A DNA stretch of 64,000 nucleotides, taken from the NCBI GenBank assembly GCA_964016885.1, contig OZ024746.1, forward strand, positions 62,620,001 to 62,684,000. Direction: 5' to 3'. Every line of letters begins with the position of its first letter. The first letter of the stretch is position 1. Shown here in pieces: positions 24,772 through 38,135 of the stretch. A program made the translations under genes and the position numbers. The notes beneath the pieces were generated by a model. That model had not been told where the DNA came from, ran no database searches, and saw only the letters and a program-made list of their open reading frames with translations. Origin of the DNA: Eledone cirrhosa (taxonomy: Eukaryota).

Positions 24772-24775
<4 letters not shown>
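24162..24775 (+). mobile_element. Unclassified fold-back element with direct repeats and hairpin-rich interior
   Basis: 60-bp inverted repeat 24162-24221/24279-24338; ~37-bp direct repeat at 24225 and 24675; (TA)n flanks. Confidence 0.6.
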
Positions 24776-24811
<36 letters not shown>

Positions 24812-24895
24812 CACTACATTCAATTCCACAGTGAATACAAGTTTTAAAATTATCAGTGTTAGTCTCCTCCACATTTCAAACAAACAACTCCTCAC

Positions 24896-24902
24896 CTTTC
24901 TC
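24896..24902 (-). CDS. Candidate 7-nt microexon GAGAAAG
   Basis: ttcttttttttttttag|GAGAAAG|gtgagg. Confidence 0.3.
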
Positions 24903-25148
24903 CTAAAAAAAAAAAAGAATACCATATGAAATATAAAAAAAAAAAGACACAAAAATAAAAACCTATGATATAGCTAGCCTAAATAGATATAGAGAGAGGT
25001 TGTCTGTGAATAGATAATGTCAGCTGAAGAAATGAAGAACACGCAGCAGAGACTAAGTACTAAGCGAGACCTTTTTACTAAGTAAGGAGATGCAATATTG
25101 GAAAAAGAAAATAATGAAAATCAACAACACTGGAGCCAATTAGCTCAC

Positions 25149-25167
25149 TCTGAAAGTTTATGCTGAC
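25149..25167 (-). CDS. Candidate 19-nt exon
   Basis: ccatcctgtctcacag|GTCAGCATAAACTTTCAGA|gtgagc. Confidence 0.25.
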
Positions 25168-25441
25168 CTGTGAGACAGGATGGAATGTGTCAAAATATTT
25201 ATGGCAATTGATTTGATCCATCCGGTGCCTCTAATGGAAGGAATACATCAAATGAGTAACACACAGAACAACAACAATGACAACAACTAATATAGTACAT
25301 GGTCAGATACAGAGAGAGATATGAGAAGACAGCAAGCACATGTGATTACAGTATTCAATAGAATATAAGGCAAATGGGAGTTTTAATATAAGATCCCTTC
25401 ATCAAACACAGCCCAATTCAATAGGTAATATTAGAGAAAAG

Positions 25442-25712
25442 TACACACATATATATACACACATACGCACACACATATATATATACGCACACACACACAC
25501 ATATATATATACACACATACACACATATACACACACACATATATACACACACACATATATACACACATACACACATATACACACACATATATACACACAT
25601 ATACACACACACACATATATATACACACATACACACATATACACACACACATATACACACATATACACACACACACATATATACATACACACATATATAC
25701 ACACATATATAC

Positions 25713-25743
<31 letters not shown>

Positions 25744-25805
25744 TATATACACACACACACATATATATATATATATACACACAAACACATATATATATAT
25801 ATATG
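25442..25805. repeat. (CA)n/(TA)n compound microsatellite
   Basis: Directly visible. Confidence 0.95.
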
Positions 25806-27006
25806 TTATGTGCAAGATGTGGTCATCTGACTGGTCTAACATTATAACATGACAACCCATCTAATCCAGGCAAGCATGGAAATTAGATGCTAGACAATGA
25901 TGATGATCATTATCACTGTGTGTGTGTGTATATATGTGTGTGCGTATGTGTGTATATATGTGTGCGTATGTGTATATATATATGTGTGTGTGAGTGTATA
26001 TGTATATATATGTGTGTGTACTTTTCTCTAATATTACCTATTGAATGATAATGAGTATTATGGCCACCACCACCACCACCACAATCCTCATTATCATCAT
26101 TGTTGCCACCACCACCACCACCACCACCACAATTAACAACATTATCATTATCGCTGTCTCCACCACCACCATCAGCAGCATCAGTTAATATCTGTTTTTC
26201 CCCTGCTAGTAAGAGTCTAGTCATTGGATATGGACTGAAATATGTAATTAACCCTTCTTTCCTAAACATATTTCTAATGAAAGACCCTGCCTATGGTTTA
26301 CAAATCATCTCGAAAAATAACCAAGAATTTGTAGGCATTTGATAAAATAACTAACATTTTCATTAAGTTGCTAATTATGTAAGATTCTTGGATAAAAATG
26401 ATGATGAAATGTTTAAATTTATATATAAACACTAAAAAAAAAAAAAACTGTTATATCATAAAACCCAGAGGTGGTTTCAAATAGTTTGGTATCAGAAAGG
26501 TTAAAGTATCAACAATAATAATAATAATATGGATTTCTTACATAAAGCACGAGGCCGGTAATTCAGAAATGGAGCAACTGATTATATCAAACTTAGTACT
26601 ACCTCACTGATATATATTTTATCAACCCCTGAGAAAGATAAAAACTAAAGTTGACCTTGGTGAGCTTTGAAACCAGAAGGAATGGTAAAAAGTAGTGCAG
26701 CAAATTCTATACCTCACACTAAACAAGACTATCAATTCAAGTAGTATAATGCTTTCTACATTTGGCACAAGGCTGGCAATTTGAAGGGATAGGGCAAGTC
26801 AGTTAAATTGACCCCAGTGGGTTATTGGTACTTCATTTTATCGACTCCATATGGATGAAAAGCAAAGCTGACCGCAGCAAGATTTGAAACAGAACGGGCA
26901 AATGTAGTAAACTCTTTTGTCCAATTCTCAAAAGATTTTAATGCCACAAGAGTAACAGAAATACAAAATATTAAGGGGTGAACAACATTCTTCAAAGTGA
27001 CAAATG

Positions 27007-27048
<42 letters not shown>

Positions 27049-27070
27049 ATATATATATATATATATATAT

Positions 27071-27249
27071 ATAGGAACAAGTAAGACCCCGACGGCTGAG
27101 CTCAAGCCGTTTCGACGGCTAATTCGTCGAAACGGCTTGAGCTCAGCCGTCGGGGTCTTGCTTGTTCCTATTACCCACTCTACTACCCTAAGTATTGAGT
27201 ACTTTGGTGCGTTATGGTCCACCTGGTTCCTTACCACATTTCCTTTGTT
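27071..27249 (+). mobile_element. Fold-back element folded at hammerhead stem II
   Basis: 47-bp arms 27071-27117/27125-27171 with one mismatch; GACG-loop-CGTC-GAAA-CGGC-ttgagctca-GCCG-TC; (TA)n flanks. Confidence 0.75.
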
Positions 27250-27360
27250 ATATATATATATATATGTGTATGTAAAAGGTAAACAGAAATAACAACACAA
27301 TCGGTACAGTATATGGGAGGGCTATATTAGGTTAATGCTTGATATAGCAGGAAGAGGGTT

Positions 27361-27393
27361 TTGACGTTTCGGACGCTAGTCCTTCATCAGAAG
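27361..27393 (-). ncRNA. Minimal Penelope-type hammerhead motif
   Basis: Minus strand CTGATGA-A-GGAC-tagc-GTCC-GAAA-CG-TC; stem I weak. Confidence 0.65.
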
Positions 27394-27536
27394 AAAGAAT
27401 GAGAAATAAGATAGATTGACGGGACAGGCGGGTTGGAATTGGAAAAAAGTCTTTAGATAAGTATAACAGGTCCATTCATGTTGACATCTCTTGCAAACGT
27501 TTAACGCCCATCCTCCATGCTGGCATGGCCGTTATA

Positions 27537-27593
<57 letters not shown>

Positions 27594-27916
27594 ATATATG
27601 TATCCAGTTTAGAATAGGTATACCATATCTTTGTGTCATGAGAAGCAACGAAAAGGGTTGGTGTCAGAAAGGGCATCCAGATATAAAACATTGCCTCAAA
27701 AAAGTACCATCCAACCCATGCCAGCATGGAAAAGCCAGTTGAAGAATAATGATGGTGATGATGATATATATAAATATATATCATCATCTGTTTATATGCT
27801 AACACAAGTGCAAGAATGAAGGGCTCATTCTACTGACATGGCTTTAAAAATGAGGCTGTTTGCATAATTGCAAACTAATCGATTATTATTAATATTCGAA
27901 AAACTCAGATTACATT

Positions 27917-27963
<47 letters not shown>

Positions 27964-28639
27964 GCACACACATATATACACACATACATTGATGTGTAGA
28001 TTAAAATCGTATGGAACTGGGCAAATTGGAAGCAGGGACAACTAGGCCTATAGTAGTCATCATCACATGTATAAAAAAACAGGGGAAACATTTAGGAGTT
28101 ATGATGTAGGGATAAGGGACTTCTTATACAGAATCAAACAATACTTATCAAAGCTGTTGGACATAAAATAAACACATTTTGCCTGTTATATCTATCATAA
28201 CAGGGAGATACTTGAATGGAGGTGGTGTGTTACCATGATGTGTTGAAAATGAAAGAGATGGATGAGCAAATTCTTTGCTGTTCCTTTTCTGATATGTTTT
28301 ATATACATACAAACGTATATATACACACACACATACATATACGCACATGTGCACACACACATATATATATATGTATATATATATATACACACATGCACGC
28401 ACATACATATACGCACACACACATATATATATATATATATATAATTGTATAAAAACAATCTATTAATCTGTTTTATCTGTAAGAAGCCTAACAGTATTCT
28501 TGTGTGAAAAAGAGATTAAGAGAAGAAGGGAGATAGAAAGACAGACGAACAGAAAGACAGACAGACTGACAGGGTTGGAGACAAGAGGCAGAAAGACAGA
28601 TGTAGAAAAGGGAGGAGTATGACAGCTGTTTCCCAACAA

Positions 28640-28775
28640 AGACTCACAGCCTATCTATATACTATCATTCTACACAGCCTATATATATATATAGTATAAA
28701 TCTTCATAGTCTATATATATATATACTATCATTCTACACAGCCTATATATATATATATACTATCATTCTACACAG

Positions 28776-28780
<5 letters not shown>
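28640..28780. repeat. TACTATCATTCTACACAGCC units in (TA)n
   Basis: Three exact units separated by TA runs. Confidence 0.85.
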
Positions 28781-28838
<58 letters not shown>

Positions 28839-28919
28839 CTTTTCCTACTATATCAAATGTTGAATTAATATATTCCTTCATTGTACTGAGTTGTTTGTTT
28901 ACTTTTTGTATACACACAC

Positions 28920-28955
<36 letters not shown>

Positions 28956-28963
<8 letters not shown>

Positions 28964-29167
28964 TAAAAGGAATTCCAACTTTGTCTGATTTACTCGCACC
29001 ACAGAATATAAACCTGAAGATTGCAAAAGCATGACAGTACTTGTTCAATTAACACTTAACATTTAATAATCTACCATACTATTTCATTCTAATACCATTA
29101 TAAATTTTAAAGGATTGTAAATAAAACGAGTAAATCAGACAAAGTTGGAATTCCTTTTATTAATATA
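28956..29167 (+). mobile_element. Fold-back element with degenerate hammerhead
   Basis: ~41-bp inverted repeat 28956-28996/29127-29167; AAC-CTGAAGA-T-TGC-aaaa-GCA-T-GACA-GTAC-TT-GTT at 29011-29045. Confidence 0.68.
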
Positions 29168-29199
29168 ATCTTCTATACACAATCATACACACCCGTGTA

Positions 29200-29246
<47 letters not shown>

Positions 29247-30060
29247 ATACACACTGGCATGTATTAGCAGCTCACTGGCATGTATTAGCTGCCAACATTA
29301 CCAGTACAAGAAAACATACTCTGATCAGATACAGCCATTGCCATTCCGTTCCACAGACAGCCGTGGACTTCCAGGGTGAGTGATGTCATCATCTGCCCCC
29401 TCCTCGCTCACCCTACTCAACTCTTTTCACCTATGACCATCCAACTATCCAACTCATGCTAGCATAAAAGAAACAAATAAAACAAGGGAGAAGGGTGAAA
29501 AATAAGAAAAATAGGAAAATCAATCACAACCATAAATCTTTCCACATTTAGAGCTATCAATTATAACAACTCCCAATTTAATTAAATTAGCCAACAAAAT
29601 CTCAAGTAGGGTTCATGAAATGTTTTTAAATGATAGCTTGATATCTTCTTCGTCTTAAACTAAAAAATGTTGGACAAATTAAACCAGCTCCAAACATGCT
29701 CTTATGCTCCAACCCAAACCCATACAAGCTCCTCTCAACTGAAAAATATCCATTAACTATTTGTATATTTATACAATTATATGATTTAATAATAAAGTAA
29801 AATCTAAATATCCACCAGGCTAAATGCAATATGCTTTAAAAATTGCAGAGGTTATTAAACAGAATTATTTAAGATACATGCATTATTCCTCCATTTCTTT
29901 TTTTTTTTTATTCTTTAGTGAAGGAGTCGAGCGCAATGCCCATAACTCATGTCAGTGAATCTAAGAATAATTGGGTGAAGGAGAGGAAAGTATCCAGAAA
30001 CCAGGCTTGAAATGCTTGCAACAGAGTAGGCACTGGGTCCAGGTGGTGGTGGTGGTGGTG

Positions 30061-30288
30061 TTAACCCTTTAGCATTTAAACCAGCCATATCCGGCCAGAA
30101 TTCTCTCACCTCTTCCTATGCAAACTGGCCATAACTGGCTACTTATACTCATGTTAAGGTAGTGTTCTCAAAATGTATAATATCAAAATCTCATAGATTC
30201 AATATTGTGCGAGATAATTATGTGAAATAAAGTGTTTACCATGAAAATACAATAGTAAATATAGAGTAATGTAATGCTAAAGGGATAA
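30061..30288 (+). mobile_element. piggyBac-type MITE
   Basis: TTAACCCTTTAGCATT ... AATGCTAAAGGG. Confidence 0.82.
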
Positions 30289-32326
30289 ACCAAATGACAA
30301 AACTACCACCAAAGGGTAGCCAGACCCAGGTAGTGATGGTGTTAAATCAGGTGACTATCATTAAAGAGAAGCTTGAGATCCAGGTGGTGGTAGTTTTAAA
30401 CCAAGTGACAGATTAAAACTACTACCAAAGGTGAGCCAAGATCCAGGCGGTGGTGGTGTTGTTAAACCAGGTGACTAAAGAGCAACTAAAGTTAAAGTAG
30501 TGGTGACCGATGAAGTCAACTAACCACCCAAGCAAGCTATAGTATCATTTGAACTCAGAATGCAGAGTCGAAACAGATATCACTGGGTATGTTATCTGAC
30601 GTTCTTATAATTCCACTAAGCCTCCACTCTGGACTGATACTTTACTGTATCACCCAAGGTCAACAGCTCTCTTCATATGGTGAACGAAGGACAGTTGACC
30701 TTGGCAGGATCTGAGCTCAAATCACAGAACCAGATCAAATACCATAAGAAATTTTGTCCAATGATCTAACAACTCTTAATTTGTAGCCTTGATTATTAAA
30801 GAATAAATATCATAATAACATCAATGAAAACATTGAATAATAATCAGATTATTTACAGGACACAACCTATATACAACCTTCCACAGTTCAAATTTTAGAA
30901 GGTTCTAATTATTTCTTATTAGATATAGATAAACCAGGATCAAATGTATGTCTACATTTAAAAATATATACTTATGTATGTTATAGCAGTAATCACGCTT
31001 AGCTGCCAACAAATGAGACATGTTCAATTCTCACTTTATATTTCCTTCCATATTCCTCTATATCTCTTTCTCAGATCCGTTTGCTCACTCTCTATTCTTC
31101 TCCAGAAGAAATCTGCTGTATTCAGAGCTGGCGATGGGCTCCACCAGGTTTTAAAATGCCCTAGAAATGCCATATTTCACTATGGCACCCTTACAACTCC
31201 CTCTAGTGTTATGGGTTCATACCATACCTTTCGCCTAATATATTTGTACAACACTGTATGAAAAACATGTAAATAAACATATATCTTTATATATCTGTTT
31301 TCCTCTAACCATTTCTCATCTAATTGAAGATTCTCAGAAAAAAAATTAGCATGAATAGTGAAAGGTTAAAAATGATATCAATTGATATCAGGAAGATTTT
31401 TCACAAGTTTTAACAAGATCTAAACTTCACTAAAAACTTTTACAAACCATTCTTTTATTATTTTTATCCCAGCTTTATATAAATACTGAACATTTACAGG
31501 TGTAGGCCTAACTGTGTGTTTAAGAAGTTCCTTTCACAACCCCGTGTTTCCAGGTTCAATCTTGGTGTATGGCACCATAGACATATGTCTTCTATTATAG
31601 CCCCAGTCTGGCCAATACTTTGGTAGCAGAATTTGATAAATAGAAATTGACTCAAGTTAATCCAAAACAGCCCATTTAGGATTTAGCAGAAAATGTGTTT
31701 GTTAATAATTCAAACATTTATAGAGTCTATATTAGTTGATAGATCATTGTGAAAATGTACAGTATAAGACTGAAGTAAAAACTTGAATATTTAATGTGAT
31801 GCAGTTAAAGTGCTGTTTTGTACTTTTCAAGAATTTATTACTAATGCAATATTATGCAGTACAGGGTTTTAAAAGCTAAGCTAGTAATGAGCTTAACAAA
31901 TGTATTCTCAAACAAGATGTTTCAAAAGCTGATCTCTATGTGTACATGAATTCACCTACAAACTGAAGAGACAGACCTCCCAACCCTTTATGTGGCAGGT
32001 TTACTATAGTTGGATGCTCCTCCTATCAACAATCACATTACAGAGTGTACTGTGTGTTTACTTTGTAAAAGATCAACATATTTTTGACTCAGCATAAGAG
32101 TCCTCCTGATTCTTTATTTGATAGTACATAGCTGCTATTTATTTTATGATGAAAAAGCAAAGTTAATTTCAGATGGATTTGAACTCAGAATGCGAAGTAC
32201 CATAACCAAAAACGCGAAAAGGCATTTAATCCAGTACTTTGCCAATTCTACCACCAACTATCCTTAATAATAGGGTACAGAAATCAAAATCAACCATGGC
32301 AAGATTTAAATAAATGAAGTATAACA

Positions 32327-32383
32327 TCAAAGAGAATTTTCCTGAAATTTCTTAAATAAATAAGGAGCCTTGGGCAAGGGGTC
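32327..32383 (-). CDS. Candidate exon (DPLPKAPYLFKKFQENSL* in one frame)
   Basis: Acceptor gttttgtctgtgcag; frame and 3' end uncertain. Confidence 0.2.
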   Translation of the reverse strand, partial: DPLPKAPYLFKKFQENSL

Positions 32384-32530
32384 CTGCACAGACAAAACGA
32401 CGACACCAAAATTACACACACACACACACACACTTGCAAACATATGAACACTATATTAAACACCAACAGGAACATGCATATGTAAGACATGTATATGTGG
32501 ACACACTTTTACACACATACTTTTGTGTGC

Positions 32531-32576
<46 letters not shown>

Positions 32577-32689
32577 AAACAGTGAGTAAGAGTGAAGAAA
32601 GGAAAAGAAAGGAAACAAGCCAAGCTGTGATGAACACTCATAGCTGTTGGGGGGACACAAACAGATCAATAAAGGTAACAGGAAGTAGG

Positions 32690-33930
32690 TGGTGTGGGAA
32701 GGGTGCTCAGTAGCTAATTGGGGTGGTGGTAGTAGTAGTGGCGACTGCGGTGGTGGTGGGGAAGGGTGCTCAGTAGCTAATTGGTGGTGGTGGTGGTGGT
32801 GGTGGTGTGGAAGAGTGCTCAGTAGCTAATTGGTGGTGGTGGTGGTGGTGGTGGTGTGGAAGGGTGCTCAGTAGCTAATTGGTGGTAGTAATGGTTGTGA
32901 AGAGTGCTCAGTAGCTAACTAGTGGTTGTGGTGTTGGTGTTCACTGTAATTGTGACTGTAGTGGTGGTGGCGGCAATGAGATATGGTGGGAGGTTAATGT
33001 TGCAGTGGTGGTGATTGTAGTGGTAGTGACATGGTGCCATGTAACATTGTAGTGGTGCCAGTGGCAGTGACATGGTGCTAGTGGCAGTGACATGGTGTCA
33101 GTAACATTGTAGTGGTGCCAGTGGCAGTGTCATGGTGTCAGTAACATTGTAGTGGTGCCAGTAACATTGTAGTGGTGCCAGTGGCAGTGACATGGTGCCA
33201 GTAACATTGTAGTGGTGCCAGTGGAAGTGACATGGTGTCAGTAACATGGTGCCATGTAACATCGTAGTGGTGCCAGTGGCAGTGACATGGTGCTAGTAAC
33301 ATAGTAGTGGTGCCAGTGGAAGTGACATGGTGTCAGTAACATGGTGCCATGTAACATCGTAGTGGTGCCAGTGGCAGTGACATGGTGCTAGTAACATAGT
33401 AGTGGTGCCAGTGACAGTGACATGGTGCTAGTAACATTGTAGTGGTGCCAGTAGTCATGTCATGGTGTCAGTGGTAGTGTTGTAGTACAAGACGTGATAA
33501 TTGGTTCTACTTTTGGCACAGGGCCAGCAATTACCCAGTGCATTACTGGTACCTTATTTTATCGACTCCGTAAGGATGAAAGGCAAAGTTAACCTCGGCG
33601 TTTTGAACTCAGAATGGCAAGGGCCGTAACTCTATGCATCAAAGCATGGCGTCTGACCCTCTACCAATACTGCCAATCCACCAGAAGTGATAATGTCACT
33701 GTAATTGCGCCCGTAATGGTACTGGCAGTGTTGTGGTGCCAGTGGTAGTACTGGCAGTATAGTGATGCCAGTGGTAGTGTTGGGGTGCCAGTAGTAGTAG
33801 TACTGGCAGTGTAGTGATGCAAGTGGTAGTGTTGTGGTGCCAGTAGTAGTACTGGCAGTGTAGTGATGCCAGTGGTAGTGTTGTGGTGCCAGTAATAGTA
33901 CTGGCAGTCTAGTGATGTTACCAGTGCTGG
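32690..33930. repeat. GGT/AGT-rich minisatellites interrupted by a SINE A copy (33500-33680, minus)
   Basis: GTGCTCAGTAGCTAA units x5, then GTGGTGCCAGT-type units. Confidence 0.88.
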
Positions 33931-34644
33931 TAGCATGCGATAGTGTTGGTGGTAGCGGAGACACAGTGTGCAATGGTACTGATAGTATTACAGACAGTGC
34001 ACCAGTGTTGGTGATAACAACAGACAGTGCAATAAGTGGTCATGGTAGTGGTAGTCGTGGTAATGACAGTGGTGACAATAGTGGTGGTAATGACAGTGGT
34101 GATGGTGGTGGTATAAATAATGGTAATGACAGTCATAATGGAGGTAGCAATAGTAGTGGTAATGGTGGTAGTAATGGTAGTGGTAATGATAGTGATAGTG
34201 GTAATAGTAGTGGTAATAGTGGCAGAAATGGTAGTGGCAATAGTGGTGGTGGTGGTGGTGGTGGTGGTGGTGGTAATAGTAGTCATAGCAGTAAAATAAG
34301 CTTAAAGCAGTTATCTAGTAATTTCCATTCTCAGAGCAAGCAAACCATTTCTTTAACACACACACAATATATTCACTCAATTGGAACTAACCAATTATCA
34401 AATCTTTCCACAAGGAATTTCTTATTTTTTTTTGTCTTCTTATGTAGTTGTTGGTTGGTTTGTTTATTATATTCTCTTCCTTTCCCCGCTACACCATCCA
34501 CCACCACCCCCATAGGTTTTCCAAATGAGCTGTTCGAACAACTATTATCTGAAACATACTGCCTGTACCGGATCAATAAGTGATATTAACATTACCCCTT
34601 CTTCACTATTGATGTGGAAAAGGTAGAAAAATACAATGATAATA

Positions 34645-35230
34645 ATAATAATTGTTTCTACTTTTGGCACAAGGCCAGCAATTACTCAGTACATTACTGG
34701 TACTTTATTTTATCCATCTCGTGATGATGAAAGGCAAAGTTAACCTCGGCGGGATTTGAACCCTGACGGTAAAGGGCCGTAACTATTTGCTGCAAAGCAA
34801 GCCATCCGACCCTCTACCAATACTGCCAATCCAAATAATAACTGTTTCTATTTTGGGGCACAAGGCCAGCAATTATCCCAGTGTATTACTAGTACTTTAT
34901 TTTATTGACCTCGTAAGGATGAAAGGCAAAGTTGACCTCGGCAGGATTTGAACTCAGAACGTAAACGGCCACAACTCTATGCTGATAAGCATGGTGTCCC
35001 ACCCTCTACCGATACTGCCATAATAATGATTTCTAGTATAGGAATAAAGCCATTCATTTTTTTTTTGGGGGGGGGGGTAAATCATTAATAAAATAAAGTA
35101 CTTGACTGGTACTTTATTTTATCAATCCCAGAAGGATGAAGGGTAAAGTTGACTCTGGCAGGATTTGATCTCAGAACATTGTCAGAAAAGAGGAAATGAT
35201 AATTTCTAGTATAGGCACAAGGCCATAAAC
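34645..35230 (-). mobile_element. Tandem cluster of SINE A copies
   Basis: At least three head-to-tail copies separated by AAT repeats. Confidence 0.85.
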
Positions 35231-37299
35231 TCCGGCAATTGGTGGGGTGAGAGTGGGGGTTGTGTATATTCTACATTGGATTAGATTAGATTAACACATA
35301 CTTAGTTTCCAACTTTTAATGTTGTTACGTTCAGTTAATATCCCAGTAGGAGTTGAACTCGGCACATAAAGGCATTTAATATGGCCCTCTAAAGAATTTC
35401 TGCCATTCCAATGATTACTAAGTTTGGCACAGTGCCACAAATTTAAAATGAAGTGTAACTTCAATGGTACTTACTTTATCAGCCCCTGTGGGTTTAGAAC
35501 CCCCAAAATATTTAATGGAATATAACTAAATAGTGCAAAGTATTTAATAAACCAACCCACCTGTACACACTTCATAAATACACCCACCTTCTACCCTACA
35601 GTATAATATAAGTAATATACTGTATATATTTGGCTTATATTTGAGGTCATCATTTTGCTGATTTTTGCCAACTTCAAAATTCCATGTAAATGAGGTGCTA
35701 AAATATTTTTGCTTTGGAGGTGAATATTACACCGGTTTCACTTTGGAGGTGAATATTACACTGATTTCACTTTGGAGGTGAAATTTCTATTGTTTTTTTT
35801 TATGTTTTGAATGAATATGGCCTTCAAAATAGTTGGAAATTGGTAAACAAATCATTATGTAATGGTAATATATTCTCCCCCATGAGAATTTCAAAACCAC
35901 ACCATCTAAATGTGTTGATTACCTGCCTCAGCTTATAAATAGGGTTTGGATTTTGGCCTTTTCTCAGACATAAAATAGGGGACCAACTTATATTTGAGTA
36001 TATACAGTAATTGAATTAACTCCAGCATATATTTACTGGTGATTATTTTTATCAACTCTTGGGGGACAAATAGATGACTCCTGTGGGGATTGAATTCAGA
36101 GCAAAGACAAACAAGTATAAAGTCTGGTGCTCTTTATATTTCAGCTTATGACCTTTTAACACTAAAAGGTCTCAACCTGGCAGAGGGTTAGAAAGAGAGG
36201 TTGGGAACAATTGGATTAACTCTGGTCTCTACAAGTAGCATTTGTTAACCTCAGTGGGACGAAATGCAATGAAGCTAAAATACTGTGTGTGTATGCATAC
36301 ACATGCATCTGTATGTGTGTGCATGCACGTGCATCAGTGTGTGTGTGTGTGCTACTTTTACCATTACATCGCTGACTTCATCCATCTGATACTAAAGCCC
36401 CTGAAACTGCCCCTAGTTCTACAATAGAATGATGTTTATTTTAAAGTATTTATATTTATCTAAAAACTTTCCATCGTATTTTTATCAAAGAACCTTTGTT
36501 ATGATATGTTCCAAACACTAACTTAATAATCATTTCTACTTTTGGCACAAGGCCAGCAATTTAAAGGGAAGGAGGAAGTCTGTTGAATTAACCACAGTGC
36601 ATTACTGGTACTTTATTTGATCAACCCATTAAAATGAAAGACAAAGCTAACCTTGGAGGTATTTGAACTCACAATGTAAAGGGTTGAAACTATATGCCGC
36701 AAAGCATGTTGTCCAACACTCTGACACTGCCAATCCACCACCCTACACCAGCTTAATAATGAGAAGTTTAGTTATATTAACCAAATTACATCAAATTCTC
36801 GATTATTTGAAAATCATGGTGTTCTTTTCATTAGAAAAATGATAATGAAAGGGTTTAAAATATTGATTTCTAACACAGGTATCGAGCTCCACCTTTGGGG
36901 AAGGAGTGTAGTCAAATTAACCCTAACCAAACTTCACTTTGCTTTTCATTTGATAAAACAAACAACCAACCAGATATGGTGGGGAGCTGTGAGGAAGATT
37001 CAATGAATTACATCTTTACCCAACAGAAATTTGTGATCTTATAAGAAACCATTAACTTGATAATCATGGATTAATGCAAGAATTCTTAGTATGTACATAT
37101 ACAGACACAAACATATACAGATAGTCACAAGCGCATAATCACACAGTCATACACAGTCACACACACACACACACACACACACACAATTTCATTGTGATTT
37201 CAGAAATTTATAAGTTTATTTAGAAAGATAAAATAAATCTGGATTCCTAAAATGCCAGAGGGAAGAAGAGAGTTGGTAAAACACACACACTATATATAT

Positions 37300-37880
37300 A
37301 TCATCATCATCATCATCATCTTCGTTTAACGTCCATCTTCCACGCTAGCATGGGTTAGAGGGAGTTGTGACACTTGAGGCAAGGTTGGTCGTGTGACCGT
37401 GTCTCGCTTGTATAGGATTATCTGGCGGGCTTTCTACGGCTGGATGCCCTTCCTAACACCATTTACAGTGTGGAACTAGGAACTTTTTACTGCGTTACCT
37501 ACACGGCGACATTACAGCATGAGCTGTGAGTATTATTTTTTTTTTTTTTTTTTTGTCGTGACACCTACATGATCTCGATCTCATTATCTCATTTATTTGG
37601 ACTGGATGTTGTGGTACCAACTTTACAGAGAGAGGGTGGTGTTGGTGGGAGTGGGAGGATAGGGTAGGGGTAGTAGATTGGGGTGTACATTTGGATAGGA
37701 GGTGCCTACTGACTGTAGGTTTCGCTTTGTACATAGGCAAGGTGGGTCTTCTGTATTACTGCGTAGCGCCAAAGATCTCGGTCCAGTGACATATATATAT
37801 ATATATATATATATGTAGGCGCCACGGAAAAAGCCCCCAGCACTGTATTACTGCGTAGCGCCAAAGATCTCGGTCCAGTG

Positions 37881-37927
<47 letters not shown>

Positions 37928-38135
37928 GGCGCCACGGAAAAAGCACCCACCACTCACTGTAAATGAGGTTGGTGTGAGGAAGGGCATCCAGCTGTAGAAA
38001 TCAAGCCAAAATCAGTTCCTGTATGAGCAAGGCATGGTCAAACAACCAGGCACTGCCCACAACAAGACAACCCATCTAACCCATGCTAGCATGGAAGAAC
38101 GGACATAAAATGGTGATGATGATGATGATGGTGAT
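37300..38135. mobile_element. Back-to-back RTE 3' ends with local duplication
   Basis: Minus copy 37300-37790, plus copy 37930-38135 (matches 9730-9939); junction segment duplicated (37751-37835 / 37842-37945). Confidence 0.82.

Noticed and set aside
33912-34583. 223-aa Gly/Ser/Asn-rich ORF
   Set aside because: Derived from degenerate GGT/AGT/AAT trinucleotide repeats; no splice or domain support.
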